Positions 1 to 10,194 of a stretch of 20,000 nt of DNA are shown here, piece after piece. This DNA comes from Craspedostauros australis (taxonomy: Eukaryota). Where the stretch lies: NCBI GenBank assembly GCA_030167865.1, contig JALAGF010001634.1, positions 58,066 through 78,065 of the forward strand. The letters run 5' to 3'. The position numbers and the translations under genes were made by a program. The notes beneath the pieces were generated by a model. It was not told the DNA's origin and did not search any database. It saw only the letters and a program-made list of their open reading frames with translations. Each line of letters begins with the position of its first letter. Position 1 is the first letter of the stretch.

Positions 1-288
1 TTGTACGGAAGAAATAGGCTTGGAGACATCCCTTCTGGCTGCATCCGAAGCACCAGTGATATGAGTTGATTTCTTTTTGTTCGTGTTGTTGGAGAATCCG
101 CATAGTTTCGGGATTATGCCGCAGATGTTGCCTCCACGAAAACATTTCATCCAGTAGCGTGGCTACTGGTACACCTGTCGGCTCCGGCAAGTGCAATGTG
201 TGGAGGGAAGTTGCTCCTCCATTGTCTTGCTTGTGCAAAAGACATCGGCTGAAACAGAGAAGAACTAGCACGAGCAGCTTCCTCCATG

Positions 289-342
289 GCATGCATGCAT
301 GCATGCATCCATCCATCCATCCATCCTTCTTTCCTTCCTTCC
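289..342. repeat. Compound microsatellite (GCAT)n-(CCAT)n-(CCTT)n
   Basis: Read directly: gcatgcatgcatgcatgcatccatccatccatccatccttctttccttccttcc. Confidence 0.9.
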
Positions 343-1789
343 TACTTGTTCATAATATTGTAAGGAGTGGATGCTAGCATGACGGGCACACATCGGACAT
401 CCATCTGCACAACCTAACTCTCTAGAACAGAGCGTACTATACGACTAACACTGCCTTCACACAACTATACCTACTCACTCAATACATGAATTGTGTTTGC
501 TGACCGTTCGCAGAAACGTTGGCATGTGGTCGCCAAATCTCCATCCACTCATCCATCTGATCGAATCCGATCAGCCGGATTGTGGCCTCCACGGAGTCAC
601 CACAAAGCCGAGAAAAAATGTGTCGTGGTGACAAAAAAGAGTGGTCGTTTCGTGTTGGCAGACCATTTGGTTATGAGCTTGCTGCAACTTCATTCGTCAC
701 ATGGGATTGATTATGATTGGACAATGAGCGTCACCGTCGACGTACGTATCATTCGACTTTATTCAGGTGCGAATACCGATCATCTCCACGTCCGAACGTG
801 TGCCTCCGCTGTGTCGCTGCAGGCCACTGAAAACAACAATGAGTCTTTTTCGGTCTTTCCGCGGAACACTGACCAACCAACCAATCAACCCACGAGCTGC
901 GCATACGTGTGGCGTCTTCGTACTCGTGCACTCCGCCCATGAAGAGAGAGAGAGAGCAATGCGCTGCTTCCCCACCACGACCACTGCCGCCACGAGCACC
1001 ATCGTGGTGTGGATGGTGCGCGGCCACCACAACAATCACAACAATCACAACAGCGTCAACAAAAAAGACGGCGGCAACTGCGCGAAGAGCAACTCCCGCA
1101 GTTCTCATAAAATCAACTCCCTGACCCATTCTCAACTTCTGAGGTACGTTCACCACGAGTGAGACGAACAGCGAGGACGCGACGAAACAACGGAAGCGTC
1201 GTATCAGTAGATGCAGTAGCAGCACATGGAGGACCCTGGCATGATCTGACCATGCTCCTCTGCCGCTGCCGCTGACGCTGACCAAGGTCGCAGTCGAGAA
1301 AGAATTCTGCGGTCGTCGATGAAAGATTCGCGGAGACATCTCGTCGTCTTGTGATGATTCTCGGGAAGACATTGCTGAGGACACCCATCGGAGGTCCTGC
1401 CACAACATCTCATGTTATGTTACATCATGCCATGTCACAGCTTGAGATCACACGAGGTGATGCTCCTTGCAAACCCCCAACGAGATTCGGCGCCGCCACG
1501 TCCCCTCCATCCAGCCATTATTGTCTCCGCCGTGCACACGCTTGGATCTCTCCGAACAGGAAGACCCCCAAAGCGGTGATTGTCGACCGCTAATGACGCT
1601 CACCGAACTGTCGTCTTTTCAATTCCGCAATTGCTTTCGCTCTACATCCATTTGCATGATTTCCATTGTGCATCACACGCGGATTCCTCGCCATCTCCTG
1701 CTCGCATGAACAATGCCGAACAATGCCAAACAACTCCAAAACAACAGCAAGGGAAAACCAACAAGCCCAACCAGTTGAAAACAGAAACC

Positions 1790-4700
1790 ATGTCTTTGGA
1801 AGCTAAATTGGCAGCCCTCACTCTCGACGACGCCGCCTCTGTCGTCGACACCGTCAAGTCCGAGGGAGTTGAGAAGTCCGGTCTCGCCGCCAACATCGGC
1901 ACCCTGGCCGCCCGATGCGGAAGCAAGACTGATGCTGAGGCCCTCGCAGGTCTCAAGACAGCCAAGGCACTCGCTGAGGGGTGCCCAGCGGCCCAACAAT
2001 TCACCAAGGAATGCTTGGGAGCATGTAAGTTTCTTCGCGGTCGTGTTCAGCACAATGCATGCGCGAGCATCGATCGTTGCTGCATTCGATGGGGGAGCAT
2101 CATTGATGGGATTCGATTCTGGACAAAGCGCGCTCGATGTTGACACCAAAAGTTGGAATGAGAAATGATGACCTATTGAATTGACCACCAACTCACCTCC
2201 CAAACGCATATTTTTCTTGATTTGGTTACTTGTGATGATGCGCGACTGTGAACCTTAACTTGTGCGAATCGCAGGCATGGAGCAGGCCAACCACAAGAGC
2301 AAGGATGTCAAGACCGCCGCCAAGGAGACCGCCTTCGCCATCTGCGACAACATCACGCCATTCGGTATGAAGGCGCTGCTCCCTGCCCTCTTCGCCGCCC
2401 TCCCAGTCGAGAAGAAGTGGCCAATCCGCGAACTCTCCCTGCAATGCATTGCCCGATTCAGCACAAGTGCTCCAAAGCAGCTCGGAGATGCCCTTCCTTT
2501 GATCGTTCCAGAGGTTACCGCATGCATGTGGGACACCAAGAAGCAGGTCAAGGTCGCCGCCACCGCTGCCATGAAGAACGCCTTGGCCGTTGTCGGTAAC
2601 AAGGATATCGAGCACATGACCAAGCAGATCCTCACCGCCATCACCAAGCCAAAGGAGGTGCCGGAGATCATGCACAAGATGGCCGGAGTCACCTTCGTGC
2701 AGTCCGTCGAGTCCCCAGCCCTCGCCATGGTCGTGCCGCTCCTCCTCCGCGGACTCCGCGAGAAGACAACCGCCACCAAGCGCCAGTCCTCCGTCATTAT
2801 TGACAACATGAGCAAGCTCGTTGACAACCCGCTCGATGCCGCTCCTTTCCTCCCGCTCCTGTTGCCAGCCCTCGAGACCAACGCCAGCTCCATCGCCGAT
2901 CCCGAGGCCCGTGCCGTCACCGAGCGTGCCGTGTCCCAGCTGAACCGCCTCAAGGGCCTCGCCGACAAGCAGGCCTCCGTCCGTGGAGATGTCTCCAAGC
3001 TCGAGGATCTCTTCCTCAAGAGTTTCAAGTCCGAGGGTGCCGATGGCGGCAAGCTTGAGACCATCAAGTTCGCCTGCACCGTCGCCACGTGCATGATGGA
3101 CTTGCACTTCATGGAGGACATCCAGTGGACAAACAACATCGTTCCGATTGTCGAGTCCTACTTCTCCAAGGCCGACGCTGAGAAGTACATCGAGGAGGTC
3201 CGTGTCGAGGCCGAAAAGATGCTCGAGATCCCAGACGAGGATGATGATGACGATGATGCCGAGGAGTTGTGCAACTGCCTGTTCACCCTCGCCTACGGTA
3301 CCAAGATCCTTCTCCACAACACCAAGATGAAGCTGCTCCGTGGACGTAACTACGGTCTTTTGGGAGCCAACGATTGCGGTAAGACCACCCTCATGAGATC
3401 CATCGCCAACAACCAGGTCGAGGGTTTCCCAGATGTCACCCAGGTCCGCACCGTCTTCGTCGAGGCCGATATCCAGGGAGAGCAGTCTCACTTGTCCTGC
3501 GTCGATTACGTCGCCGCCGACGAAAAGATCAAGGCCATGGGAATCGAAGTCGCTCAGATCCGCGAGGTGCTCTCCACCGTCGGATTTACTCCAGATGGCA
3601 AGGCCAAGCCAGATCACGCCGTGTCCACCCTCTCCGGAGGATGGCGCATGAAGCTTGCGCTGGCCCGTGCCATGCTTCAGAAGGCCGATATCCTTCTCCT
3701 GGATGAGCCTACCAATCACTTGGATGTGATCAACGTCGCGTGGGTGAAGACCTACCTCAACTCCCTCGATGGCGTCACCTCGATCATCGTGAGTCACGAC
3801 TCCGGTCTCCTCAACGATTGCTGTACCAACATCCTTGCCTTCGACAACCTGAAGCTCCGCACCTACAAGGGTAACTTGGATGAGTACGTCAAGACCAATC
3901 CAGCCGCCCGTGCCTACTTCACCCTCAAGGGATCCAAGCTCAAGTTCAGGTTCCCCAACCCAGGCCCGATTGAGGGAGTCCGTTCCAAGGGTAAGGCCCT
4001 CATGAAGATGCAGAAGTGCACCTTCACCTACCCAGGAAACGACAGCCCAACCCTCTTCAACATCAGCGTCCAGGTCTCCCTCTCCTCTCGTGTTGCTTGC
4101 ATCGGCGAGAACGGTGCCGGAAAGTCCACCATGATCAAGCTCCTCGTCGGAGAGATCATGCCACAGATCGGAGATGTGTGGAAGCACCCCAACGCCCGTA
4201 TCGCTTACGTCGCCCAGCACGCTTTCCATCACATCGAGAGCCACTTGGACAAGACACCAAACGAGTACATCCGATGGCGCTTCGCCAACGGCGGTGAGGA
4301 CAAGGAATCCTTGGTCAAGGTTTCCATGCAGTTCACTGACGAGGAGCTCAAGCTCCAGAAGACTCCATTCGAGCTTCAGATCATCGACGAGGCCTCCGGC
4401 AAGATCCAGAAGATCAAGAAGGTCGTCTCTGAGCTTGTCGGGGGACGTAAGCAAAACAAAAGCAAGGACTACGAATACGAAGTCAAGTACTCCGGATCAT
4501 CCGTGGACTCCGGCGAGTACCTTGGAGCCAAGACCCTCAAGAAGATGGGATGGGAGAAGGCCATGAAGGCCGTCGATCTCAAGCTCGCCCAGCTTGCTGG
4601 TGTCTACGTGCGCCCGCTCTCCACCAAGAACGTCGAAGAGCATTTGGAGGGATGCGGACTCGCCCGTGAGTTCGGAACCCACTACCGTATGTCCGCCCTC

Positions 4701-5159
4701 TCTGGAGGACAGAAGGTGAAGGTCGTCATTGCCGCTGCCATGTGGATGCAGCCTCACATCGTCATCCTGGACGAGCCAACCAACTACCTCGACCGCGAGT
4801 CTCTCGGTGGCCTTGCCAGCGCCATCGAGTCGTTCGAGGGAGGTATCATCATCATTTCCCACAACAACGAGTTCGTCTCGCAGCTGTGCCCGGAGACATG
4901 GGTCATGGACGCCGGACATCTGGAGACCAAGGGAGATGCCGACTGGATGTTGAAGCAGGACACCAAGATCAACGACCAGCAGCAGCTCAAGGAGATGACT
5001 GATGCCGCCGGTAACAAGGTCGAGATCAAGCAAGAAAAGAAGAAGCTCTCCAAGAAGGAGGAGAAGCAGCTCCTCAAGAAGGTCAAGGCCAAGATCAAGT
5101 CCGGCGAAGAGCTCGACTCCGACGAGGAGGAGTTCGCCTTCGAAAAGGACCTCCTGTAA
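1790..5159 (+). CDS. eEF3: Elongation factor 3-like ABC-F ATPase, about 1039 aa; exons 1790-2024 and 2275-5159
   Basis: HEAT-like N-terminal region (TFVQSVESPALAMVVPLLLRGL, IIDNMSKLV). ABC1 has GANDCGKTT, LSGGWRMK and LLLDEPTNHLD. ABC2 has GENGAGKST, AYVAQHAFHHI, a chromodomain-sized insertion, LSGGQKVK and VILDEPTNYLD. The tail is basic then acidic. The intron GTAAGT(2025)..CGCAG(2274) is phase 1 and joins T|GC (Cys) in frame; exons total 3120 nt. Strong C/G-ending codon bias. Confidence 0.93.
2025..2274 (+). other. Spliceosomal intron of the eEF3-like gene (250 nt)
   Basis: Donor GTAAGT, branch-like CTTAAC at about 2254-2259, acceptor GCAG; splicing restores the reading frame. Confidence 0.9.
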
Positions 5160-5765
5160 GCTCCACCCTTGGTGAGCAGCAGAAAAAAGAAATGCGCCAG
5201 CAAGAAGCAAGCGAGGGCAGATACGTATGTACGAGTACACGCGCCGGGAAAATACACCACATCACCTTAACACAACAAGTACGAGTAGAACCCCAACAAG
5301 TTGTGAAGCCGCCGAAACACCCTGGCAATCCACCAGTGGAGTTTATTCTGATTGCCTTCTTCTCATCCTTGGATATGAATAGCAACGCGTGGCACCTAAT
5401 TTCGTTCTGTACGGATACGAGCGCGGCGTGATACGTACGTCACTTGTTTCAAGTGGCCTTCTTCACGCGCAAGAAACACCTAATTGCGTGAACTGCAACT
5501 GCGGAGCTTGTGGAGGAAGGGGAACATCGATTGCAACTGCGTATTTTCATCTGCAAAAATGCGGAGGAATTGTGTCGTCCTCTTGCTTTGGTGTTCGTTT
5601 GAGTGGGGTGAAGCAGAACAGAATGCTAATACTCGGAGAGTGTCATATTACTATGATATACTCAAGTTCTCTATCAGTACTCGTACACTCCACCGATACG
5701 CACGTTCTTCTCTCCATCGTGACACTCGTGTTCGTTGTATTGGTTGAGCTGATGCGCCAATGCTC

Positions 5766-6857
5766 TCAAATGAACTTACGCAGCTTGTTGATGACTCGTG
5801 CAATCTCTGGGTCGCTTTGGTACTTGGCGAATGCGGCCGGGTTCGACATGCATTCGGTCATGGCCTGCATGATCTTTGGGTTCGACTGTGCCTCCCGCAT
5901 TATCTCCATGACCTCAGGGTTCTTCATGAGCTCTTGCGCTTTGCCCATCGTGTCACCCATGCCACCCATGCCGCCCATTCCACCGAATGGGTTGCCACCG
6001 CCCATACCGCCCATACCGCCCATGCCACCCATATTCTTCAACATGTCAGCCATTCCACCCATGCCACCCATTCCACCCATGCCACCCATTCCTCCCATAT
6101 CACCGAAAGGATTGCCACCTGCTGCACCGCCTCCTCCGAACGGAGACGACGACGATTGCTGTTGTTGTTGCTGCTGCTGATCCGATGACTTCGCGCGCGG
6201 TCCAGAGGAATCATCCGTCAGCACCTCGACGTCGGCATACACGGTTTCTTCCTCATCCTTCTTCTGGACACCATCCACACGCGCTTCGGCCAACGCCTTG
6301 ACGAATTCCGACTTCTCAAAGAAGGTCTTCGTGGACACACCTCGCTCCTCGAGTTCCTTCTTGAGCTCGGAAGCCTTCATGGCTTTGCATTTATCCATCT
6401 CCTCCTGCAACCGAATTTCGCGTGGCCGGCCGTCGTCGTTCTCCTGCTTGGCAGCGGTGCCACTGCTACTGCTAGTGCCGGCGTCAGCCGTCGTGGAGGC
6501 GGTAGAAGCTGCCGCCTTCGGCGTCATGCCGTCCGATCTGGCCTTCTTGAGCGCGGAGACGAGTTCCGACTTCTCCAGGAAGGCCTTGGTCGAAACTCCG
6601 TAGCTCTCCAACTCCTTCTTGATCTCACCTGCGCGCATGGCGCTGATCTCGGGCAGAGAAGTGGAGGAGAACAATCTTGAGGTTTGCCGAGAAGCGGTCG
6701 TTGGCCGAACGACATGGGGCACCCGGGAGACCTGGAAGGCCTCTACCAACCTCATGCCACGGTGCTTCGGGAGAGGGAGTCTCGAAGTGGCAACAATGAA
6801 CGTGGCCATGGTTGCCATGATCATGGAACGACCACTGGGACGTGCGGAGTGGTTCAT
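5766..6857 (-). CDS. Probable plastid-targeted co-chaperone-like protein: two SAP/HeH-like repeats, (GGM)n tract and C-terminal STI1/DP domain, 363 aa
   Basis: Two similar segments, ISAMRAGEIKKELESYGVSTKAFLEKSELVSALKKAR and CKAMKASELKKELEERGVSTKTFFEKSEFVKALAEAR. GGMGGM repeats. STI1-like C-terminus (ELMKNPEVMEIMREAQSNPKIMQAMTECMSNPAAFAKYQSDPEI). The N-terminus has a moderately hydrophobic stretch, VEA-F and a Ser/Thr/Arg-rich segment. Coding-like codon usage. Confidence 0.82.
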   Translation of the reverse strand: MNHSARPSGRSMIMATMATFIVATSRLPLPKHRGMRLVEAFQVSRVPHVVRPTTASRQTSRLFSSTSLPEISAMRAGEIKKELESYGVSTKAFLEKSELVSALKKARSDGMTPKAAASTASTTADAGTSSSSGTAAKQENDDGRPREIRLQEEMDKCKAMKASELKKELEERGVSTKTFFEKSEFVKALAEARVDGVQKKDEEETVYADVEVLTDDSSGPRAKSSDQQQQQQQQSSSSPFGGGGAAGGNPFGDMGGMGGMGGMGGMGGMADMLKNMGGMGGMGGMGGGNPFGGMGGMGGMGDTMGKAQELMKNPEVMEIMREAQSNPKIMQAMTECMSNPAAFAKYQSDPEIARVINKLRKFI

Positions 6858-7756
6858 GCTGATTCTTGTGTGGAAGTGGATTTGATTTGCTCTGGTTCGC
6901 GTTCCCGTTCGTCTTTGTTGCTGTTGCTGTTGCTGTTGTTATGGTTGCCAGTGGTTCAAATAGTGGTGGTCGAGCAGAGTTGCCGTCTTTGGCCAACGCT
7001 ACCATTGCCACTATTGATGTCATCACTCACAGCATCACAGAGGTGGTGCTGGTTGGTGTCGTGGCCTGGGGCATCATCTTTGCCGAAACCCATTCCACGT
7101 GGAGACCAAATGAGTCGCATCAATCGTTCGTCACTGTGAATCAGAACACACCAAATCCGAACCCTTGTCGAGCACAATCCGAACCTGATATCCCCGATCT
7201 CATGTTGGTGCAGGTTTGGCGCAATCAAACACCATGCCAACAAACATGGAACAATCGGCAAAAAGAGCAGTCGGAATCGCAATTGCAGTCGCAATTGCGG
7301 TCGCGACCGATGCAGCTGCCGCAGCAAAAGGGCCTCTCGTCGCAACGAAACATGACACCGGGATGGTTCCAGGAACAGTACGGAACAGGGGAAAGAGGCA
7401 AATACGGGGCTCTGCGCAGCGTGTTTGAGCAACCATACAGTCGCCAGGTCTCTCTGACTGGTCGTTCATAGCTCATTGAAAAAAGGGTATCGTACCATAC
7501 ATAATCTAGGTCGTCCAGTGCATGTGCATGCTCTCTTCCCGTTACATACGCACCCACCATCTCATGCCAACCCGCTCCATCGAAGTTTTGCATCGACTGC
7601 TCTCCTCGTGATCATCGTCATACACTACTTTCCACGAGGTTGCATTCACAGAGCAAATCAGAGCTGACGAGTGCACGTCGCCGATTCGTACCTCAACTCC
7701 ACTTCACTCAACTCAACTCCGCTGCACTGCACTTGTTGCTATTCGCACCTCGCAGG

Positions 7757-9667
7757 ATGCGGCCTTCATTACGAACCATGTTGGCATCGAGACCGACAAC
7801 AGAACTCGTCTCCTACCTACGGACGCAAGCGGAACCGAAGACTTCGCCATTCTCGCCCATGTATCAGGTAATCTATAGTGCATTGGCAGACCGATTTGAA
7901 CATCATGCCAGCTTCAAAGCTTCGAAGGATCCCAAGGATCAGGAAGCCCTGAGCGCCACCGTCGGCAGCCACATCTCCACCATGCATGAGAAAACGATCA
8001 ACGAGAGCGCATACAGGTACTCGGAGCTCAGACCAACTATCGACAAGGTTCTGCACGCATCTGCAAAGCGCAGCCCGCTGGAGGTATCCCTCCTGCTGAT
8101 GGCAGGAGTCCACCGATCAGTCCTGATGGAATGCATTGGTACCGGTACCGTTGCAACTGCCACAGGCGCCACAGCCAAGACTGATGCCAGTACCGATGAT
8201 GTTGATGGCGATTCCGAAGAGATCACAGCAACCATGAAGCTTCATGCTCTTTACTACCCACCATCGGAAGAGACGCAGACAGCACCAGTTAACAGACAGG
8301 ATAATCAAATTTTGCTGGAGACGTTCTGGGATGCCCTTCACGAAAACGTCGATGGTGTCACCGAAATGATTAAGAACAGCACAGTCCAAACCAACGAAAC
8401 AGCCCGTGGCATGTTTTGGCTGTTCCCCACGTTGCTCCTTGTCAATGGGACAGCTCACGATCCAGAAGCTGGCGTGCATTTGGTGGACCTGGGATCGAGC
8501 GCAGGATTGAACCTGGTGGCGGAGCAGCGCCGTTTCACGTTTCAATTTGGTGACACCACATCCAAACAGGCAGAGGGCGCGTCATTTTCGTTCGGAGGTG
8601 CGACGGATTCCCAATTCATCGCCCATGCGCAACCGTTTATCTCATTTCCGGCACACGCTATGGAGCTCGACTGTCTCAAGATCGTTTCGCGCAACGGCTG
8701 CGATCTTAACCCCATTCCGCTGTATGGGAGCACCGCGAGCATCCGTTCGCCAAAACATGCGGCTGCAACATCGATCACCGACCGTGGTGATGCCACCGAA
8801 TGCTTCTTGAAATGCTTCATCTGGCCTGACCAAAAGGAGCGACTCGAGCGCCTGGAGGAAGGCATGGCAGCCTTCCGAAAAACACAGGAAACTGCAATTC
8901 AATCGCTTCGCTCCCGTGTTCCTGGATCAACTCCCAATGGCTCAACCCAGACAAGTCATGGTTTTGGCATGCCAATCCACGTCGACGCAGCCAGCTTACC
9001 CCATGGGTTACCGGGCTTTTTGAATCGTCTCGATGTGGAATGGAGCACCAGCCAAGCTGAAGAAGCCGCAGCAGGCGCAGAAGACGGGGAGCACCAACAT
9101 CGTTGGCAGCAGGATATATCAGAAAAGACGGCGGCGACACGCCCCATGGTGGTGATCTACAATACGTACATGACCACCTACCTGGAGGATGAAGGACTTT
9201 CCATGGAGAACTACATCGGGGCGTGGGCCCGCAGAACTGGCCGAAAGGTTATGTGGGTACAATCGGAGCCACCGCGTTGGAACATGGATGATGATGGTGA
9301 CGACGATGGTGACGACACAAACAATAGCAATGGCAGCGATATCCCGCACCAGTTTGTCCACCACTGGTGCTTGTGGTCCATCCATCTTTGGGATCCATCA
9401 GTCCATGCGATCGCCAATGACTCTAACCATCCACCTTGTAGTTCAGATAGCAAGTCTACCACAGAAGGTGCCTCGGACGATACGGTGGGCGCAACTAAAA
9501 CCAAAACGAACATGACGGAACAAGCAACGACACCTTCGTCAGGTGCCACAAAGTTCTGGAAGATGGCTTGGGTGCACCCACACGGCCGCGACATCCATTG
9601 GATCCCGGACCAGGTGGAGGATTTCATGGCCTACTGCGGGGTGCAGGAAGTCTCCAGGGGAGGGTAG
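7757..9667 (+). CDS. DUF2332-like protein (possible SAM-methyltransferase-like fold), about 636 aa, no intron evident
   Basis: Recognised family motifs: SPMY..Y..LAD, VQTNETAR, LVDLGSSAGLNL, R.GCDLNP, CFIWPDQKERLERLE and terminal VHPHG..IHW. The first ATG is at 7757 (alternative 7778); the ORF-track start at 7640 is TTG. Low-complexity insertions separate the motifs. Confidence 0.8.
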   Translation: MRPSLRTMLASRPTTELVSYLRTQAEPKTSPFSPMYQVIYSALADRFEHHASFKASKDPKDQEALSATVGSHISTMHEKTINESAYRYSELRPTIDKVLHASAKRSPLEVSLLLMAGVHRSVLMECIGTGTVATATGATAKTDASTDDVDGDSEEITATMKLHALYYPPSEETQTAPVNRQDNQILLETFWDALHENVDGVTEMIKNSTVQTNETARGMFWLFPTLLLVNGTAHDPEAGVHLVDLGSSAGLNLVAEQRRFTFQFGDTTSKQAEGASFSFGGATDSQFIAHAQPFISFPAHAMELDCLKIVSRNGCDLNPIPLYGSTASIRSPKHAAATSITDRGDATECFLKCFIWPDQKERLERLEEGMAAFRKTQETAIQSLRSRVPGSTPNGSTQTSHGFGMPIHVDAASLPHGLPGFLNRLDVEWSTSQAEEAAAGAEDGEHQHRWQQDISEKTAATRPMVVIYNTYMTTYLEDEGLSMENYIGAWARRTGRKVMWVQSEPPRWNMDDDGDDDGDDTNNSNGSDIPHQFVHHWCLWSIHLWDPSVHAIANDSNHPPCSSDSKSTTEGASDDTVGATKTKTNMTEQATTPSSGATKFWKMAWVHPHGRDIHWIPDQVEDFMAYCGVQEVSRGG

Positions 9668-10194
9668 AGTATTGGTAGTTACGAGCCGGTAACTCGCGGC
9701 GTGCCTCACCAGTTCGCGCGGATGAGAGAAAATGCGACACCGATACTGGCACAACACTCGAAATGAAACGAATATTGTCTTGGTTAGATCAGTGCAGACT
9801 CCTCTACCTTACTTGTGCTCGAGTCGAGTCGCCACTGCTCTATCGCTGTCTGTGCGACGACTTATCTTTTCACAGCATTGGGCAGGATGGATCAGTGGCG
9901 TTTCCCCTTCATCAGAACAAGTTCACGGTCCCATTCTCCGCATAGAGTGCAGTCTTCGCATCTGTATTATGTTTGTTTGTGGTGACCAAGTACGCGTACA
10001 CACGTGAAGACCCCCTCCTCCTCCTTTTTCTTGCCTGACGACGGCAACACTTACGCTCCTATCGCGGTGTTGGCAGGGCCAGAGACTCCTATCGAAGAAT
10101 TGCGGTGCGATGAGGTGCTATGAATGATCTTTGAGCGTCAAGCACCCCGGAGGGAATGTACTCGTATTGGGAGACTGATGATTGATTGATTGCT

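Noticed and set aside
1351-1378. GTGATGA...CTGA box pair enclosing GGAAGACATTG
   Set aside because: Boxes are too close for a whole snoRNA. The 11-mer recalls LSU rRNA in the sense rather than guide orientation and is short enough to be chance.
2165-2252. Possible C/D-box snoRNA in the eEF3 intron (ATGATGA at 2165, GTGATGA at 2232)
   Set aside because: No canonical CTGA D box downstream, no terminal stem, and the 3' end would collide with the branch point. A snoscan/Infernal run would settle it.
2226-4454. 742-aa antisense ORF (also 4497-5240 and 2255-3139) opposite eEF3
   Set aside because: Shadow ORFs expected from the strong C/G3 codon bias of the sense gene; no recognisable motifs.
5950-6105. 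Regular 9-nt tandem repeats that might suggest an array
   Set aside because: They encode the (GGM)n tract of the STI1 protein; there are no unique spacers, so this is not CRISPR-like.
6866-7593. ORFs 6866-7471 (+), 6956-7432 (-) and Cys-rich 7225-7593 (-) between the STI1 and DUF2332 genes
   Set aside because: Their apparent features (CDCNCD, QSQLQ, AVAVAV) derive from short tandem repeats. No consistent codon bias or family motif; most likely divergent promoter/UTR sequence.
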